A stretch of DNA of 60,277 nt from an uncultured Armatimonadia bacterium (GTDB lineage: Bacteria > Armatimonadota > Zipacnadia > Zipacnadales > UBA5352), in NCBI GenBank assembly GCA_964617715.1, contig CAZTZN010000006.1, positions 1 to 60,277 on the forward strand, given 5' to 3'. Below the pieces are notes generated by a model. It did no database searches, was not told where the DNA came from, and worked only from the letters and a program-made list of their open reading frames with translations. How positions within the stretch are numbered: the stretch's first letter is position 1; each line of letters starts with the position of its first letter. Both the position numbers and the translations under genes were made by a program. Positions 1 through 9,705 of the stretch are shown here, in pieces.

Positions 1-29
1 CCGTCGGCGCGTGCGCTGAGCCGGCATCG

Positions 30-66
30 TGGCGCGACGTGCCGCCGGCGGCACGTCCACGCGCCA
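30..66. other. GC-rich imperfect hairpin; core 36-57 is a perfect 22-nt palindrome GACGTGCCGCCGGCGGCACGTC
   Basis: Read directly. 36-57 is self-complementary. TGGCGC (30-35) and GCGCCA (61-66) extend the stem across a 3-nt bulge. It could be the terminator of a gene ending left of the window, or an operator. There is no U-tract. Confidence 0.4.
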
Positions 67-206
67 CACACGCATTTGACTTCGCATCGGGGCTGTGGTA
101 GGCTTCACGTTGCGATAGCCGATGACCGGCGGGTCACCGGAACTGTGCTCTTGCTTCGCCGACTCATGGACCGGCGTCGCGTCAGGTCCGGGACAATCCC
201 GCCGGC

Positions 207-722
207 ATGGACGCTCAGGAGGCATGTCGCGCCATGGTTCGTATGACCGTGCAGAAAGTGGGGATTGACCCCAGCCGCCAGGCGCTGGTGATCCTCGCCG
301 ATGAGGATGGACGCCGTCTGCTGCCTATCCTCATCGGTCTGTTTGAGGCCCAGTCGATCGCCATGGCCATCAGCGGGGAGGACATTGGCCGGCCGCTCAC
401 TCACGATCTGCTCCTGTCGGTCATCACCCAACTGGGCTGGCGTCTGGATCGCGTGGAAGTGACCAAGCTGGCCGACAAGACGTTTTACGCGCTGCTGCAA
501 CTGGAGCGCGGCGGCGAGACCCTCGCCATCGACTCCCGTCCATCCGATGCGATCGCCCTGGCCCTGCGCGCCAACGCCGCCATCTTCGTCGCCGACGAGG
601 TGCTCGCCCGCGCTGAGGTCATCGATGACTCGGCCGAGCAGGCTGAGCAGGAGGCGGAGGACGTGCAGAAGTTCCGGGACCTGTTGGGCCGCATAGACCT
701 TGGAGAGGATCTGCCCGAGTAG
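207..722 (+). CDS. Bifunctional nuclease (BFN/DUF151) domain protein
   Basis: 171-aa ORF with high GC3. The LLPILIG..EAQSIA and DSRPSDAIALALR motifs match my memory of the DUF151 fold, and the tail is acidic. In-frame ATGs at 234 and 243 are equally plausible starts. Confidence 0.75.
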   Translation: MDAQEACRAMVRMTVQKVGIDPSRQALVILADEDGRRLLPILIGLFEAQSIAMAISGEDIGRPLTHDLLLSVITQLGWRLDRVEVTKLADKTFYALLQLERGGETLAIDSRPSDAIALALRANAAIFVADEVLARAEVIDDSAEQAEQEAEDVQKFRDLLGRIDLGEDLPE

Positions 723-852
723 CGAGCACCGGCCGCGATCGATACCCCCGGCATAAGGAACCCCTGATCGGCACGCCCGGGCCGGGCGCTCCCCGTCTGT
801 CGAGCCGCGACGGCACGCACACACGCGTATAGAGAATCGGAGGCCTCATCTG

Positions 853-3789
853 GTGGAGACATCCAATCGCTGGATCGCATATCTGTTCGCCGTCATCTTC
901 GGGATCATCCTGATCGCCAAGGGCCTGACCATCTACACCGACTACCTCTGGTTTGATTCCTTCGGCCAGGCGGCGGTGTGGAGCACCATGTTCTGGGCGC
1001 GCGTACTGCTCGGCGGCATCGTCGGCGTGGTGTTCTTCGCCTTCCTGTTCGCCAACCTGCGGTTCGCCCGCCTGCCCCTCCCCGGCGATGTCACCTTCAT
1101 CGGCCGGCGTCTGCTGCCCGAGGAGGAGCGCGAGCAGATCGAGCAGTACGCCGACCGTGCGCTGCTGATCTTCTCCATCGTCGGCGGCATCATGGCCGGT
1201 GTGGTGGCCAGCGCCCACTGGGTGGAGTGGCTGCAGTTCAGCCATGCCGTCCCCTTCGGCAAGACCGACCCGGTCTTCGGGCGCGACGCCGGTTTCTATG
1301 TCTTCAGACTGCGTTTCATCGAGTACATCTGGAAGTCGGTGTATTATGCGTTGCTGGTCACCTTCGTCACCAGCACGCTGGTGCACCTCTACCAGGAGGC
1401 CATCCGGCTGGTAGGCAACACGGTGCAGGCGATCAAGCGCGCCCGCGCGCACTCACTGGGCCTGCTCGCCGCCGCGCTGCTGGTGAAGATCTACGGCTAC
1501 CGGCTGATGCAGTACAACCTGCTGTTCTCCAACAACTCAGGCGCCTTCAGCGGGGGCGCGGGCTGGACCGACATCAACGCGCGCATGCCGGTGCTCTACA
1601 TCCTGATGGCGGCGGCGGCGGCCTGCGCGGTCATCGCGCTGATCGCCATCAAGACCCGCAACTACAAGCTGCCCGCCGGAGCGGTCGCAGCCCTGATTCT
1701 GATCTCGGTGCTCGGCGGCGCGGTCTACCCGCTGGCGATGCAGAAGCTCGTGGTGGTCCCCAACGAGCTGGACAAGGAGCGCGACTACATCGCGCGCAAC
1801 ATCGAGGCCACCAACTTCGCCTACGGGACCGATGCGGTCGATGGTCAGCTCTTCGCCATCACCAACGACCTCGACGCCGACGTGGTCTCCGACAACTGGA
1901 CCACCATTGAGAACATCCGCCTGTGGGACCATCGGCCGCTGCAGCGTACCTACAACCAGGAGCAGGCGCTGCGCGCCTACTACAACTTCCCCGACGTCGA
2001 TGTGGACCGCTATACCGTCGATGGCCGCCTGCGCCAGGTCATGCTCGCCCCCCGGCAACTCAACGCGCAGAAGATCCCCGGGGCCGAGCGCTGGGTCAAT
2101 CGGCACCTCAAGTACACTCACGGCTACGGCCTGGTGCTCTCGCCGGTGAACGAGATCGGGCCCGAGGGCCTGCCCAACTACTGGGTGCACGGCATTCCGC
2201 CCCAGAGCATCGAGGATATCAAGATCACCCGCCCGGGCATCTACTACGGCGCCAGCATACACCCGCGGATGATCGAGCGCATCAGCCCGCCCGAGCAGCC
2301 GCTAACCACCCAGCAGCCCGCGGCCCAGCCGGAGGAGGCGCCCGAAGGCCCCGGTGGCGGCGGCGCGCCCCGCACCGGCCCCAACCAGCCTGTGCGCGGC
2401 CAGCCCGGCGCCACCCGCGAGGACATCACCGCACAGGACTTCGTCATCGTCAACACCCGCGAGCCTGAACTGGACTACTCCCGCGGTGGCGAGGGCAACG
2501 AGACCATCGACAACGCCTACACCCACTACGAGGGCACCGGCGGGGTGCTGATCAACAGCTTCTTCCGCCGCCTGGCCTTCTTCGCGCGCTTCCGCGACGT
2601 GCGCATCCTGTTCACCAACCTGTTCACCGACGACAGCCGCATTCAGTTCAACCGCACACTGCCCGAGCGCATGGCGATGATCACCCCGTTCCTGCTCTAC
2701 GACCCCGACCCCTACCTGGTCGTGGATGAGGACGGCACCCTCAAGTGGATCGCCGACATGTACACGGTCTCGAACCGCTACCCCTACGCCGACGCGCTGC
2801 GGCCGCTGGGGAACTACTTCCGCAACTCCATCAAGGTGGTCTGCGACGCCTACAACGGCGCGCCCGAGTACTACATCGTCGATGAGACCGACCCGCTGGC
2901 CCAGTGCTATCGCAGCATCTTCCCGACCCTGTTCAAGTCGGGCGGCGAGATGTCCGAGCACATGCGCAGACATTTGCGCGTTCCGCAGCTTCTGTTCACC
3001 ATTCAGGTCGGCGTCTACGCCGACTACCACATGACCGACCCGGACGTCTTCTACCAGAAGGAGGACCGCTGGGCGATGCCGCCGGAGATCTACTCCTTCG
3101 GCCGGCGCCTGGTCGAGGCCTACTACGTGGTCCAGCAGCTCCCGGGCGAGGACAAGCCCGAGTTCCTCCTGATGATGCCGCTGGTGCTCTCCGGCCAGGA
3201 GGAGCGCAACATGGTGGCGTGGATGGCCGCCCGCTGCGACCCTGAGCATTACGGTGAGCTGATCGTCTACAACTTCCCCAAGGGCGAGCTGATCTACGGC
3301 CCGTGGATGATCGAGTCACGCATCACCCAGGACGCGAAGATTTCCGAGCAGATCACCCTGTGGGACCAGCGCGGCTCGCGTGTGATCCGCGGCAACCTGC
3401 TGGTCATCCCGCTCGAGCAGTCACTGCTCTACGTCGAGCCGCTCTACCTCGAGGCCGAGGACACCGGTCTACCCGAGTTGCGCCGCGTCATTTTGTCCTA
3501 TCGCGACAGCATCGTCTGGGGCGCCGACCTCGAGGCCGCGTTGGCCGCGCTCTTCGGCACCATCGAGGGGCGCGCGGCGGCGGTCGAGGTCTCCGGCGAG
3601 GTGCAGCCGCCGGCGGTCGAGGTCGCGCCTGCGGTGATCGAGAGCCTGCGCTCGCTCATCGACCAGATCCTTCAGCTCGACCGCGAGGCCGAAGAGGCCC
3701 GCGCCCGGGGCGACATCAGCACCTACGCCGACAAGAACCAGCAGCAGTCCGAGCTGCTCCGGCAGCTCGAGGACCAGCTCAACCAGTAG
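853..3789 (+). CDS. UPF0182 family large membrane protein
   Basis: 978-aa ORF with a GTG start. A multi-pass hydrophobic N-terminal third is followed by a large soluble part. The motifs YLWFDSFG, HGYGLVLSPVNE and NLLVIPLEQSLLYVEPLYL are recalled from UPF0182. There is a low-complexity P/Q/G insert near residues 480-530. Confidence 0.8.
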   Translation: METSNRWIAYLFAVIFGIILIAKGLTIYTDYLWFDSFGQAAVWSTMFWARVLLGGIVGVVFFAFLFANLRFARLPLPGDVTFIGRRLLPEEEREQIEQYADRALLIFSIVGGIMAGVVASAHWVEWLQFSHAVPFGKTDPVFGRDAGFYVFRLRFIEYIWKSVYYALLVTFVTSTLVHLYQEAIRLVGNTVQAIKRARAHSLGLLAAALLVKIYGYRLMQYNLLFSNNSGAFSGGAGWTDINARMPVLYILMAAAAACAVIALIAIKTRNYKLPAGAVAALILISVLGGAVYPLAMQKLVVVPNELDKERDYIARNIEATNFAYGTDAVDGQLFAITNDLDADVVSDNWTTIENIRLWDHRPLQRTYNQEQALRAYYNFPDVDVDRYTVDGRLRQVMLAPRQLNAQKIPGAERWVNRHLKYTHGYGLVLSPVNEIGPEGLPNYWVHGIPPQSIEDIKITRPGIYYGASIHPRMIERISPPEQPLTTQQPAAQPEEAPEGPGGGGAPRTGPNQPVRGQPGATREDITAQDFVIVNTREPELDYSRGGEGNETIDNAYTHYEGTGGVLINSFFRRLAFFARFRDVRILFTNLFTDDSRIQFNRTLPERMAMITPFLLYDPDPYLVVDEDGTLKWIADMYTVSNRYPYADALRPLGNYFRNSIKVVCDAYNGAPEYYIVDETDPLAQCYRSIFPTLFKSGGEMSEHMRRHLRVPQLLFTIQVGVYADYHMTDPDVFYQKEDRWAMPPEIYSFGRRLVEAYYVVQQLPGEDKPEFLLMMPLVLSGQEERNMVAWMAARCDPEHYGELIVYNFPKGELIYGPWMIESRITQDAKISEQITLWDQRGSRVIRGNLLVIPLEQSLLYVEPLYLEAEDTGLPELRRVILSYRDSIVWGADLEAALAALFGTIEGRAAAVEVSGEVQPPAVEVAPAVIESLRSLIDQILQLDREAEEARARGDISTYADKNQQQSELLRQLEDQLNQ

Positions 3790-3803
3790 CGGGAGGCGCG
3801 GCC

Positions 3804-5294
3804 ATGTCGGACCGGCCGGACTTGCCCGAAGTGGTGCAGCGGCTCATCGACCCGGAGGTCGCCTCCCTCCGGGTCACCGCCGACAGCAACGTGGCGGTCG
3901 GGGAGTCCGTGCGCGTGATCGTCGAGGCGCAGAACGCCGTAGGCGCCACCGCCACCGGCTTCTCAGGCGCGGTGCCGCTCGTGGTCGCGGGCCCGGGAGG
4001 CCTGTCCAAGGCAGGCGAGGCGCGCCTCGAGGCGGGCCTCGGCCACGCCGAGATCGCCATCTCCGAGCCGGGCGTGCATCGCGTGCAGGCGTTGGCCTCC
4101 GATCGCCTGCGCGCGGTCTCCGACCCGGTCGAGGTAACCGCCGATGAGCCGGCCGAGCGGCTGTTGTGGGGCGACATCCACGCGCACATCCGCGAGCGCC
4201 GCGCCCAGGCGCTCATCAGTGACGCCGATGAGCTGATGGGCCCGCCGACCGTCCCGGCCGCGTATGCGTGGGCGCGCGACGTCGCCAGCCTGCACTTCGC
4301 CTCGGTCACCGACCACGACCTCAAGCTCACCGACGCCGAATGGCGTGCCACCATCGAGAACGCCCGCCGCTTCACCGATGACGGCCGCTTCGTCGCCTTC
4401 CCCGGCTACGAGTGGGGCGACTCGTCGGGCATGCCCATGGACTATGGCCATCGTCACGTGGTCTACCGCCGCAGTCGCGTGCGCGGCGTCGAGCCCGTGC
4501 CGCTGCTGCGCTGTTGCGAGGAGCCCACCCACACCGCCCCCGGCCTCTACGGGGCCCTGCACGCGCTGGTGCCCACCGAGGACGTGCTGGTGGTGCCGCA
4601 CCACACGGCGCGCGGCGGCGGCCAGACGTGGATGAACTGGGACTACTTCGACCCCGAACTGGAGCGCCTGTGCGAGGTGTTCTCGATCTGGGGCAGCTCC
4701 GAGCACATGGGCGCGCCCTACCCGATCGAGTACCTGCCCGGCGGCGGCTACTTCCGGACCGCCGAGGCCCGCAGCCATCACCTGCAGGACGGCCTCGCCC
4801 GCGGCTACCGCTTCGGCTTCACCGCCGGCTCGGAGTCGCACGACGGCCGCCCGGGGCGCGCCCTGGTCCACGGCCCCTATGTCATCGCCGAGACCGACTT
4901 CCTCGCTCCCCCGGGCATCACGGGCGTGTGGGCGGAGCGCTTCACCCGGGACGGTATCTTCGACGCCCTCCGCGCCCGGCGCTGCTACGGCACCACCGGC
5001 GCGCGTATCATCGTCCGCTGCACCCTCGGCGACACGCCCATGGGTGGCGAGGTCCCGGCCGCGAGCCTGTCCGGGCCGGTGGAGATGCGCGTCGAGGTCA
5101 TCGGCACCGCGCGGCTCACCGCCTGTGAGCTGGTGCGCACCGCCGAGGTCGTAGACCGTGCCGCGCCTGCCGGTGATCGCCTCGCGGTCACGCTCTCCGA
5201 CCAGCGGGCCGCCCGGCCCGGCGACTGCTACTACCTGCGCGTCACCCAGGCCGATGGTCAGATGGCCTGGGCGTCGCCCATCTTCATCACCTGA
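3804..5294 (+). CDS. DUF3604-like (PHP-type) metallohydrolase with N-terminal Ig-like region
   Basis: I chose the ATG at 3804, 15 nt after the upstream stop and preceded by GGGAGG. The longer ORF from 3303 overlaps the UPF0182 gene. Motifs: WGDIHAHI, SVTDHD, VVPHHTA, SESHDG, and a C-terminal AWASPIFI typical of DUF3604. Confidence 0.65.
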   Translation: MSDRPDLPEVVQRLIDPEVASLRVTADSNVAVGESVRVIVEAQNAVGATATGFSGAVPLVVAGPGGLSKAGEARLEAGLGHAEIAISEPGVHRVQALASDRLRAVSDPVEVTADEPAERLLWGDIHAHIRERRAQALISDADELMGPPTVPAAYAWARDVASLHFASVTDHDLKLTDAEWRATIENARRFTDDGRFVAFPGYEWGDSSGMPMDYGHRHVVYRRSRVRGVEPVPLLRCCEEPTHTAPGLYGALHALVPTEDVLVVPHHTARGGGQTWMNWDYFDPELERLCEVFSIWGSSEHMGAPYPIEYLPGGGYFRTAEARSHHLQDGLARGYRFGFTAGSESHDGRPGRALVHGPYVIAETDFLAPPGITGVWAERFTRDGIFDALRARRCYGTTGARIIVRCTLGDTPMGGEVPAASLSGPVEMRVEVIGTARLTACELVRTAEVVDRAAPAGDRLAVTLSDQRAARPGDCYYLRVTQADGQMAWASPIFIT

Positions 5295-5317
5295 ACCAAC
5301 ACGCGAGGACCACACCC

Positions 5318-5986
5318 GTGAGCGAGTTCGATCCCACCGCCATCCGGGCCATCATCTTCGACTTCGACGGCACCCTCGCCGAGACCAACATCGATTTTGC
5401 GCTCATGCGCCGGCGCGTGCTGGAGGTCGCCGAGCGCTGGGGCCTGACCGACCGGCTCAACCCGCGCCGCTACATTCTGGAGATCGTGGACGACGCGGCT
5501 GCGCTGCTCACGCCTGAGGATGCCGCACGCTTCCGCGCCGAGGCCGCCGAGGCGATGGCGCAGGTCGAGCTGCTCTTCACCTCCACCGCCGAGCCCTACC
5601 CCGGTGTGCCCGAGACGCTGACGCACCTGCGTGCCTGCGGCCGGCGCGTAGGCATCATCACCCGCAACTGCCGCGTGGGCGTGGCATCGGTGATCGACCG
5701 CCATCCGCTGGCGCACGAGGTGCTGCTCACGCGCGATGACGTCCAGCGGGTCAAACCCGACCCCGAGCACCTGCACCGGGCGCTGGTGGCCCTCGATGTG
5801 CGGCCGTGCGAGACGCTGATGGTCGGCGACCACGTCACCGACATCGAGACCGGCCGGGCCGCCGGGGCCTTCACCGCGGGCGTGCTCACCGCCGGCACCA
5901 CACGCGAGCAGTTCGAGGAGATCGGCGCCGACCTGGTGCTCGACTCGGTCGCCGACCTGGTCAACCTGTTCCGCCCTGAGGAGTGA
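5318..5986 (+). CDS. HAD-superfamily hydrolase (phosphoglycolate phosphatase-like)
   Basis: FDFDGTL (DxDxT) motif I, ITRN motif II and a distal VGD..TD motif. GTG start. Confidence 0.8.
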   Translation: MSEFDPTAIRAIIFDFDGTLAETNIDFALMRRRVLEVAERWGLTDRLNPRRYILEIVDDAAALLTPEDAARFRAEAAEAMAQVELLFTSTAEPYPGVPETLTHLRACGRRVGIITRNCRVGVASVIDRHPLAHEVLLTRDDVQRVKPDPEHLHRALVALDVRPCETLMVGDHVTDIETGRAAGAFTAGVLTAGTTREQFEEIGADLVLDSVADLVNLFRPEE

Positions 5987-5992
5987 CGGTGG

Positions 5993-7006
5993 ATGCGCCT
6001 GCCCGTCGGCAAGCTCGAGCCCGAGTTCCTGGCTGAGCTGCTGGGCGATCTGCACAGCGACGACCCGTCGGTCATCGTGGGGCCGGGCGTGGGCCGCGAT
6101 GTCGCGGTGCTCGCGTGGGACGAGGGCGCGCGCTACCTCATCGCCAAGACCGACCCCATCACCTTCGCCACCGACGAGATCGGCCACTACGCGGTGAGCG
6201 TCAACGCCAACGATGTGGCCACCAGCGGCGGGGTGCCGCGCTGGTTCCTGGCCACGCTGCTGCTGCCCGATGACGGCGCCGATGAGGACCTCGCGCGCGC
6301 CATCTTCGCCCAGATCAATGCCGCCTGCGCCGAGCTGGGGATCGCGCTGGTCGGAGGTCACACCGAGGTCACCTACGACCTGAGCCGCCCGATCCTGGTG
6401 GGCATGATGCTCGGCGAGGTCGAGCGCGATCGGCTGGTCACCAGCGACGGCGCGCAGGTCGGTGACCGCGTGCTGCTCACCAAGGGCGTGGCGGTCGAGG
6501 GCACCTCGATCATCGCCCGCGAGCTGGCCCACGAGCTGACCTCACGCGGCATCGACCAGGGGAGCGTGCGCCGCGCCGCGAACTTCCTGCACGAGCCCGG
6601 CATCAGCGTGGTCGCCGAGGCGCGGGCGGCGATGGCCGCGGGCGAAGTGCACGCTATGCACGACCCGACCGAGGGCGGCGTGGCCACCGGTCTGCATGAG
6701 CTGGCCATGGCCGCGGGCGTCGGCCTCGCCATCAGCTTCGAGGCCATCCCGATCCTGCCCGAGACCCGCGCGTTCTGCGATCTGCTGGGCCTCGAACCGC
6801 TGGGGCTGATCGCCTCCGGGTCGCTGCTGATTGCAGCGCCGCCCGAGGACGCCGACGCCATCGTCCTGGCCTGCCGCGAAGCCGGCATCGACTGCGCGGA
6901 CATCGGCGAGGTGGTGGCCCCCGAGCTGGGCGTCAAGATTCGGCGCGGCCTCACCTGGTCCGACCTGCTGCGCTACGACCAGGATGAGATCGCTAAGCTG
7001 TTCTGA
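5993..7006 (+). CDS. AIR synthase-related (PurM/ThiL/HypE-fold) protein
   Basis: N-terminal GPGVGRDVAVL and DPITF motifs and a GGHTEV motif are typical of the PurM-like ATP-binding fold. The protein lacks the C-terminal Cys motif of true HypE. Confidence 0.7.
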   Translation: MRLPVGKLEPEFLAELLGDLHSDDPSVIVGPGVGRDVAVLAWDEGARYLIAKTDPITFATDEIGHYAVSVNANDVATSGGVPRWFLATLLLPDDGADEDLARAIFAQINAACAELGIALVGGHTEVTYDLSRPILVGMMLGEVERDRLVTSDGAQVGDRVLLTKGVAVEGTSIIARELAHELTSRGIDQGSVRRAANFLHEPGISVVAEARAAMAAGEVHAMHDPTEGGVATGLHELAMAAGVGLAISFEAIPILPETRAFCDLLGLEPLGLIASGSLLIAAPPEDADAIVLACREAGIDCADIGEVVAPELGVKIRRGLTWSDLLRYDQDEIAKLF

Positions 7007-7095
7007 GCTGCGAAGCGCGGGCAGACGCGACGGTGTCGTCCGCGCGCGGCTTTCGCGTCAGTGAGTGCGACCGTCTGCACCATCGGTGACTGCTG

Positions 7096-7926
7096 ATGCG
7101 CCCGCTGAGATTGACGATCATCGCGCTGGCGGCGGTCCTGAGCCTCGGCGTCCTGCTCGCCGACGAGGGTGACACCACCGCCGATCCGTTCCGGTTCGCG
7201 GTGTTCGGTGATTCGCGTCCCGGCACCCGGGCATGGAGCCCGGTGCTGCACGCCATCGCGACCGAGATCGGAGGCCTGGACGTGCCCTTCGTGCTGGGCA
7301 CCGGTGACTACATCGAGGGCTCCAGCAACCAGACCACCGTGCGCCGGCAGTGGGATGGCTTCTTCACCGCGCTGGCACCGCTGCAGGCGAGCCGCGCCGT
7401 CCCGGTCGCGCTGGCGCCGGGCAATCACGACATCATGGGCGTGCGCCGCAATGCCGAGATATTCCTCGAATACTTCGAGCGCCTCTACTTCTCCTTTGAC
7501 TACGAAAGCTGCCACTTCATCATCCTCGACAGCGAGGGCCTGGGCCAGGAGGGGCGCATCGCAGGCACGCAACTGCAGTGGCTGAAACAGGACCTCGCCG
7601 CCCACCGCGACGCCAAGTTCACCTTCGTCGCCCTGCATCGTCCGCTCTTCCCCGTAGACGGCCATATCGGCTCGTCGCTCGACGAGTACCCCACCGACCG
7701 CGATGCGCTGCACGCACTGTTCGTGCAGCAGGGCGTGGATGTGGTTTTCGCCGGCCATGAGCATCTCTACAACCATCAGGAACGCGACGGCGTCCACTAC
7801 TTCATCACCGGCGGGGCGGGCGCGCCGCTTTACGCCGCACCCGAGCGCGGCGGCTTCTATCACTACCTGCTCGTGACCGTCGAGCAGACCCGCTTCATCA
7901 TTGACGTGCGGCGCATCGCGCTGTGA
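7096..7926 (+). CDS. Secreted calcineurin-like metallophosphoesterase
   Basis: Signal-peptide-like N-terminus (MRPLRLTIIALAAVLSLGVLLA). Motifs: GDSRPG, GTGDYIEG, GNHD, ALHRPLFP, GHEHLY. Confidence 0.8.
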   Translation: MRPLRLTIIALAAVLSLGVLLADEGDTTADPFRFAVFGDSRPGTRAWSPVLHAIATEIGGLDVPFVLGTGDYIEGSSNQTTVRRQWDGFFTALAPLQASRAVPVALAPGNHDIMGVRRNAEIFLEYFERLYFSFDYESCHFIILDSEGLGQEGRIAGTQLQWLKQDLAAHRDAKFTFVALHRPLFPVDGHIGSSLDEYPTDRDALHALFVQQGVDVVFAGHEHLYNHQERDGVHYFITGGAGAPLYAAPERGGFYHYLLVTVEQTRFIIDVRRIAL

Positions 7927-8001
7927 CTGCGGCCCGCGCGCCTGCGCTCGGCGACAACGCCGTGGCGCCGCGGGCCGGTGAACAAGGGGGTCGGGCGGCC
8001 C

Positions 8002-8139
8002 ATGGCGAATTGCTGCTCTACCGGCTGCGGCTGCGGTTGTCTGTTGGTCCTCATCGCCCTTGTGCTGTTGCTGCTTGGCGGCGATGATGACGACGTCGAG
8101 AAGGCGGCCATCGTAACCGTGCTGATGGATCATGACTGA
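8002..8139 (+). CDS. Candidate 45-aa Cys-rich small membrane protein (not in the ORF track; below its length cut-off)
   Basis: My own translation is MANCCSTGCGCGCLLVLIALVLLLLGGDDDDVEKAAIVTVLMDHD. It has five Cys in the first 13 residues, then a hydrophobic helix and an acidic tail. AAGGGGG lies about 11 nt upstream. GC3 is only moderate, so coding status is uncertain. Confidence 0.25.
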   Translation: MANCCSTGCGCGCLLVLIALVLLLLGGDDDDVEKAAIVTVLMDHD

Positions 8140-8160
8140 CGGCACAGGGAGGAAGTGGGT

Positions 8161-9180
8161 ATGAGCAGGACCCTGGGCGCGGCCATCAACGCTTGCGGGT
8201 GGGTGGCGACTGAGCATGCGCGGGCGTACCTGCACAATCCGCACACGCGCCTCGTCGGGGTGACCAGCCGCACCCGCGCCAGCGCCGAGCGTCTGGTCGC
8301 CGAGTTGGGCCTCGACTGCCGCATCTACGCCGACTACGACGAGCTGCTGGCGGATGATGAGGTGGACATCGTCTCGGTCACCACGCCCAACTTCCTGCAC
8401 GCGCGCGACGCCATCGCCGCCGCGCAGGCGGGCAAGCATATCTGCCTCGAGAAACCGGCGGGCATTACCGAGGACGAGCTGGACGAGTTGGGCGCGGCCG
8501 TGAATGCCGCGGGCGTGACTTCGGTCATGAGTTACGTGCTGCGCTGGAACCAGCAGGTGGTCAATATCAAGGGGCTGGTCGAGCGCGGAGCGCTGGGGGA
8601 GCTGTTCTACTGCGAGGCCGACTACTGGCACGGCGTGGGGGAGGTCATCCGCGCCGATCGCTGGATCGCGAAGAAGGCCGAGGCGGGCAGCGCCATGCTC
8701 ACGGGGGGATGCCACGCCGTGGACATGGCCCGCAACTTCATGGGTGAGGTCGCCACCGTCAGCGCCCACTCACACAACAACCCGGCGCTGGGCTTCGAGT
8801 ACGATACCGCGACCGTGTGCTCGGTGCAGTACGAGAGTGGCGCGATCGGCAAGATCTCGGCCATCCTCGAGCTGGTCGGGCCGTACCAGTTCAACGTGAC
8901 CGTGATGGGCAGCGAAGGGACCGCACAGGGCAACCGGGTGTTCAGCCGCGTGCTCGCGCCCGAGCAGACGGACTACTTCGAGATCCCGTGCATCACGCCC
9001 AACTCCGGCGACGTGGCGCACCATCCGTTCCAACAGGAGATCGACCACCTGGTCGAATGCATCCGGGCCGGGAGCGACTGCGTCCCCAACATCGCCGACG
9101 GCATCCGCACCAGCCGCGTGTGCCTCGCCGCCGACCGCTCCGCCGCCAACGGCGGCCGCCCCGAGGCGCCCAACTACTGA
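8161..9180 (+). CDS. Gfo/Idh/MocA family NAD(P)-dependent oxidoreductase
   Basis: N-terminal Rossmann region and the EKP motif (ICLEKPAG). I prefer ATG 8161 over GTG 8155 because AGGGAGGA ends 7 nt upstream of 8161. Confidence 0.85.
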   Translation: MSRTLGAAINACGWVATEHARAYLHNPHTRLVGVTSRTRASAERLVAELGLDCRIYADYDELLADDEVDIVSVTTPNFLHARDAIAAAQAGKHICLEKPAGITEDELDELGAAVNAAGVTSVMSYVLRWNQQVVNIKGLVERGALGELFYCEADYWHGVGEVIRADRWIAKKAEAGSAMLTGGCHAVDMARNFMGEVATVSAHSHNNPALGFEYDTATVCSVQYESGAIGKISAILELVGPYQFNVTVMGSEGTAQGNRVFSRVLAPEQTDYFEIPCITPNSGDVAHHPFQQEIDHLVECIRAGSDCVPNIADGIRTSRVCLAADRSAANGGRPEAPNY

Positions 9181-9193
9181 GTCCGTGCTCCGC

Positions 9194-9607
9194 TCAGTGC
9201 TTGTGGCCGGTGAGCTGACGCCGGATCTTGCGGTAGCGCTTCTTGTCCGGGTCCAGCTCGATGGCGCGCTCGATGCTGTTCAGCGCCTCGTCCGGTTGAC
9301 CCAGTCGCGCATAGCACACCGACAGGTTGGCGTGCGCGTCGGCGTAGGTAGGAGTGGCGTCGAGCACCACGCGCAGATGTTCCGCCGCGCGCCCCCACTT
9401 GCGGTCGTACATGTACGCCAGCGCCAGGTCGTAGCGCGCCGACATATCCTCGGGGTGGTCGCGCACCTGCTGCGCATACTCCTCCGCCATGTCGCGGATG
9501 GTCTCCGACGCGCCGTGCGCGTCGTCATCGTCCAGACTCGCGCCACACTCGGAGCAGAATCTCGCGCCCTCTTCCGCCTCGGTCCCACAGATCGAGCACA
9601 GGGGCAT
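9194..9607 (-). CDS. Zinc-ribbon plus TPR small protein
   Basis: N-terminal CSICG..(9)..CSECG zinc ribbon, an acidic linker, then TPR-like helices (YDLALAYMY, ANLSVCYARLGQPDEAL). Divergent from the kinase-like gene. Confidence 0.75.
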   Translation of the reverse strand: MPLCSICGTEAEEGARFCSECGASLDDDDAHGASETIRDMAEEYAQQVRDHPEDMSARYDLALAYMYDRKWGRAAEHLRVVLDATPTYADAHANLSVCYARLGQPDEALNSIERAIELDPDKKRYRKIRRQLTGHKH

Positions 9608-9705
9608 GCCTTGCCTCCAGGCCGCAGCGACATCGCACGGTCGGCGCTACACACAAAGGTTCGACGGCGCCCCATGGCCCTCCTCCGCGGGAAGGCGACC
9701 GCCGC

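Noticed and set aside
3303-3803. Upstream extension of track ORF 3303-5294
   Set aside because: It overlaps the UPF0182 coding frame and translates to Arg/Pro/Gly-rich low complexity. ATG 3804 with a ribosome-binding site follows the upstream stop.
5993-7006. Possible HypE hydrogenase maturation protein
   Set aside because: It has the PurM-like fold, but it ends ..RYDQDEIAKLF without the C-terminal Cys-containing motif of HypE. It is also 40 kb from the hydrogenase genes, with no other hyp genes around.
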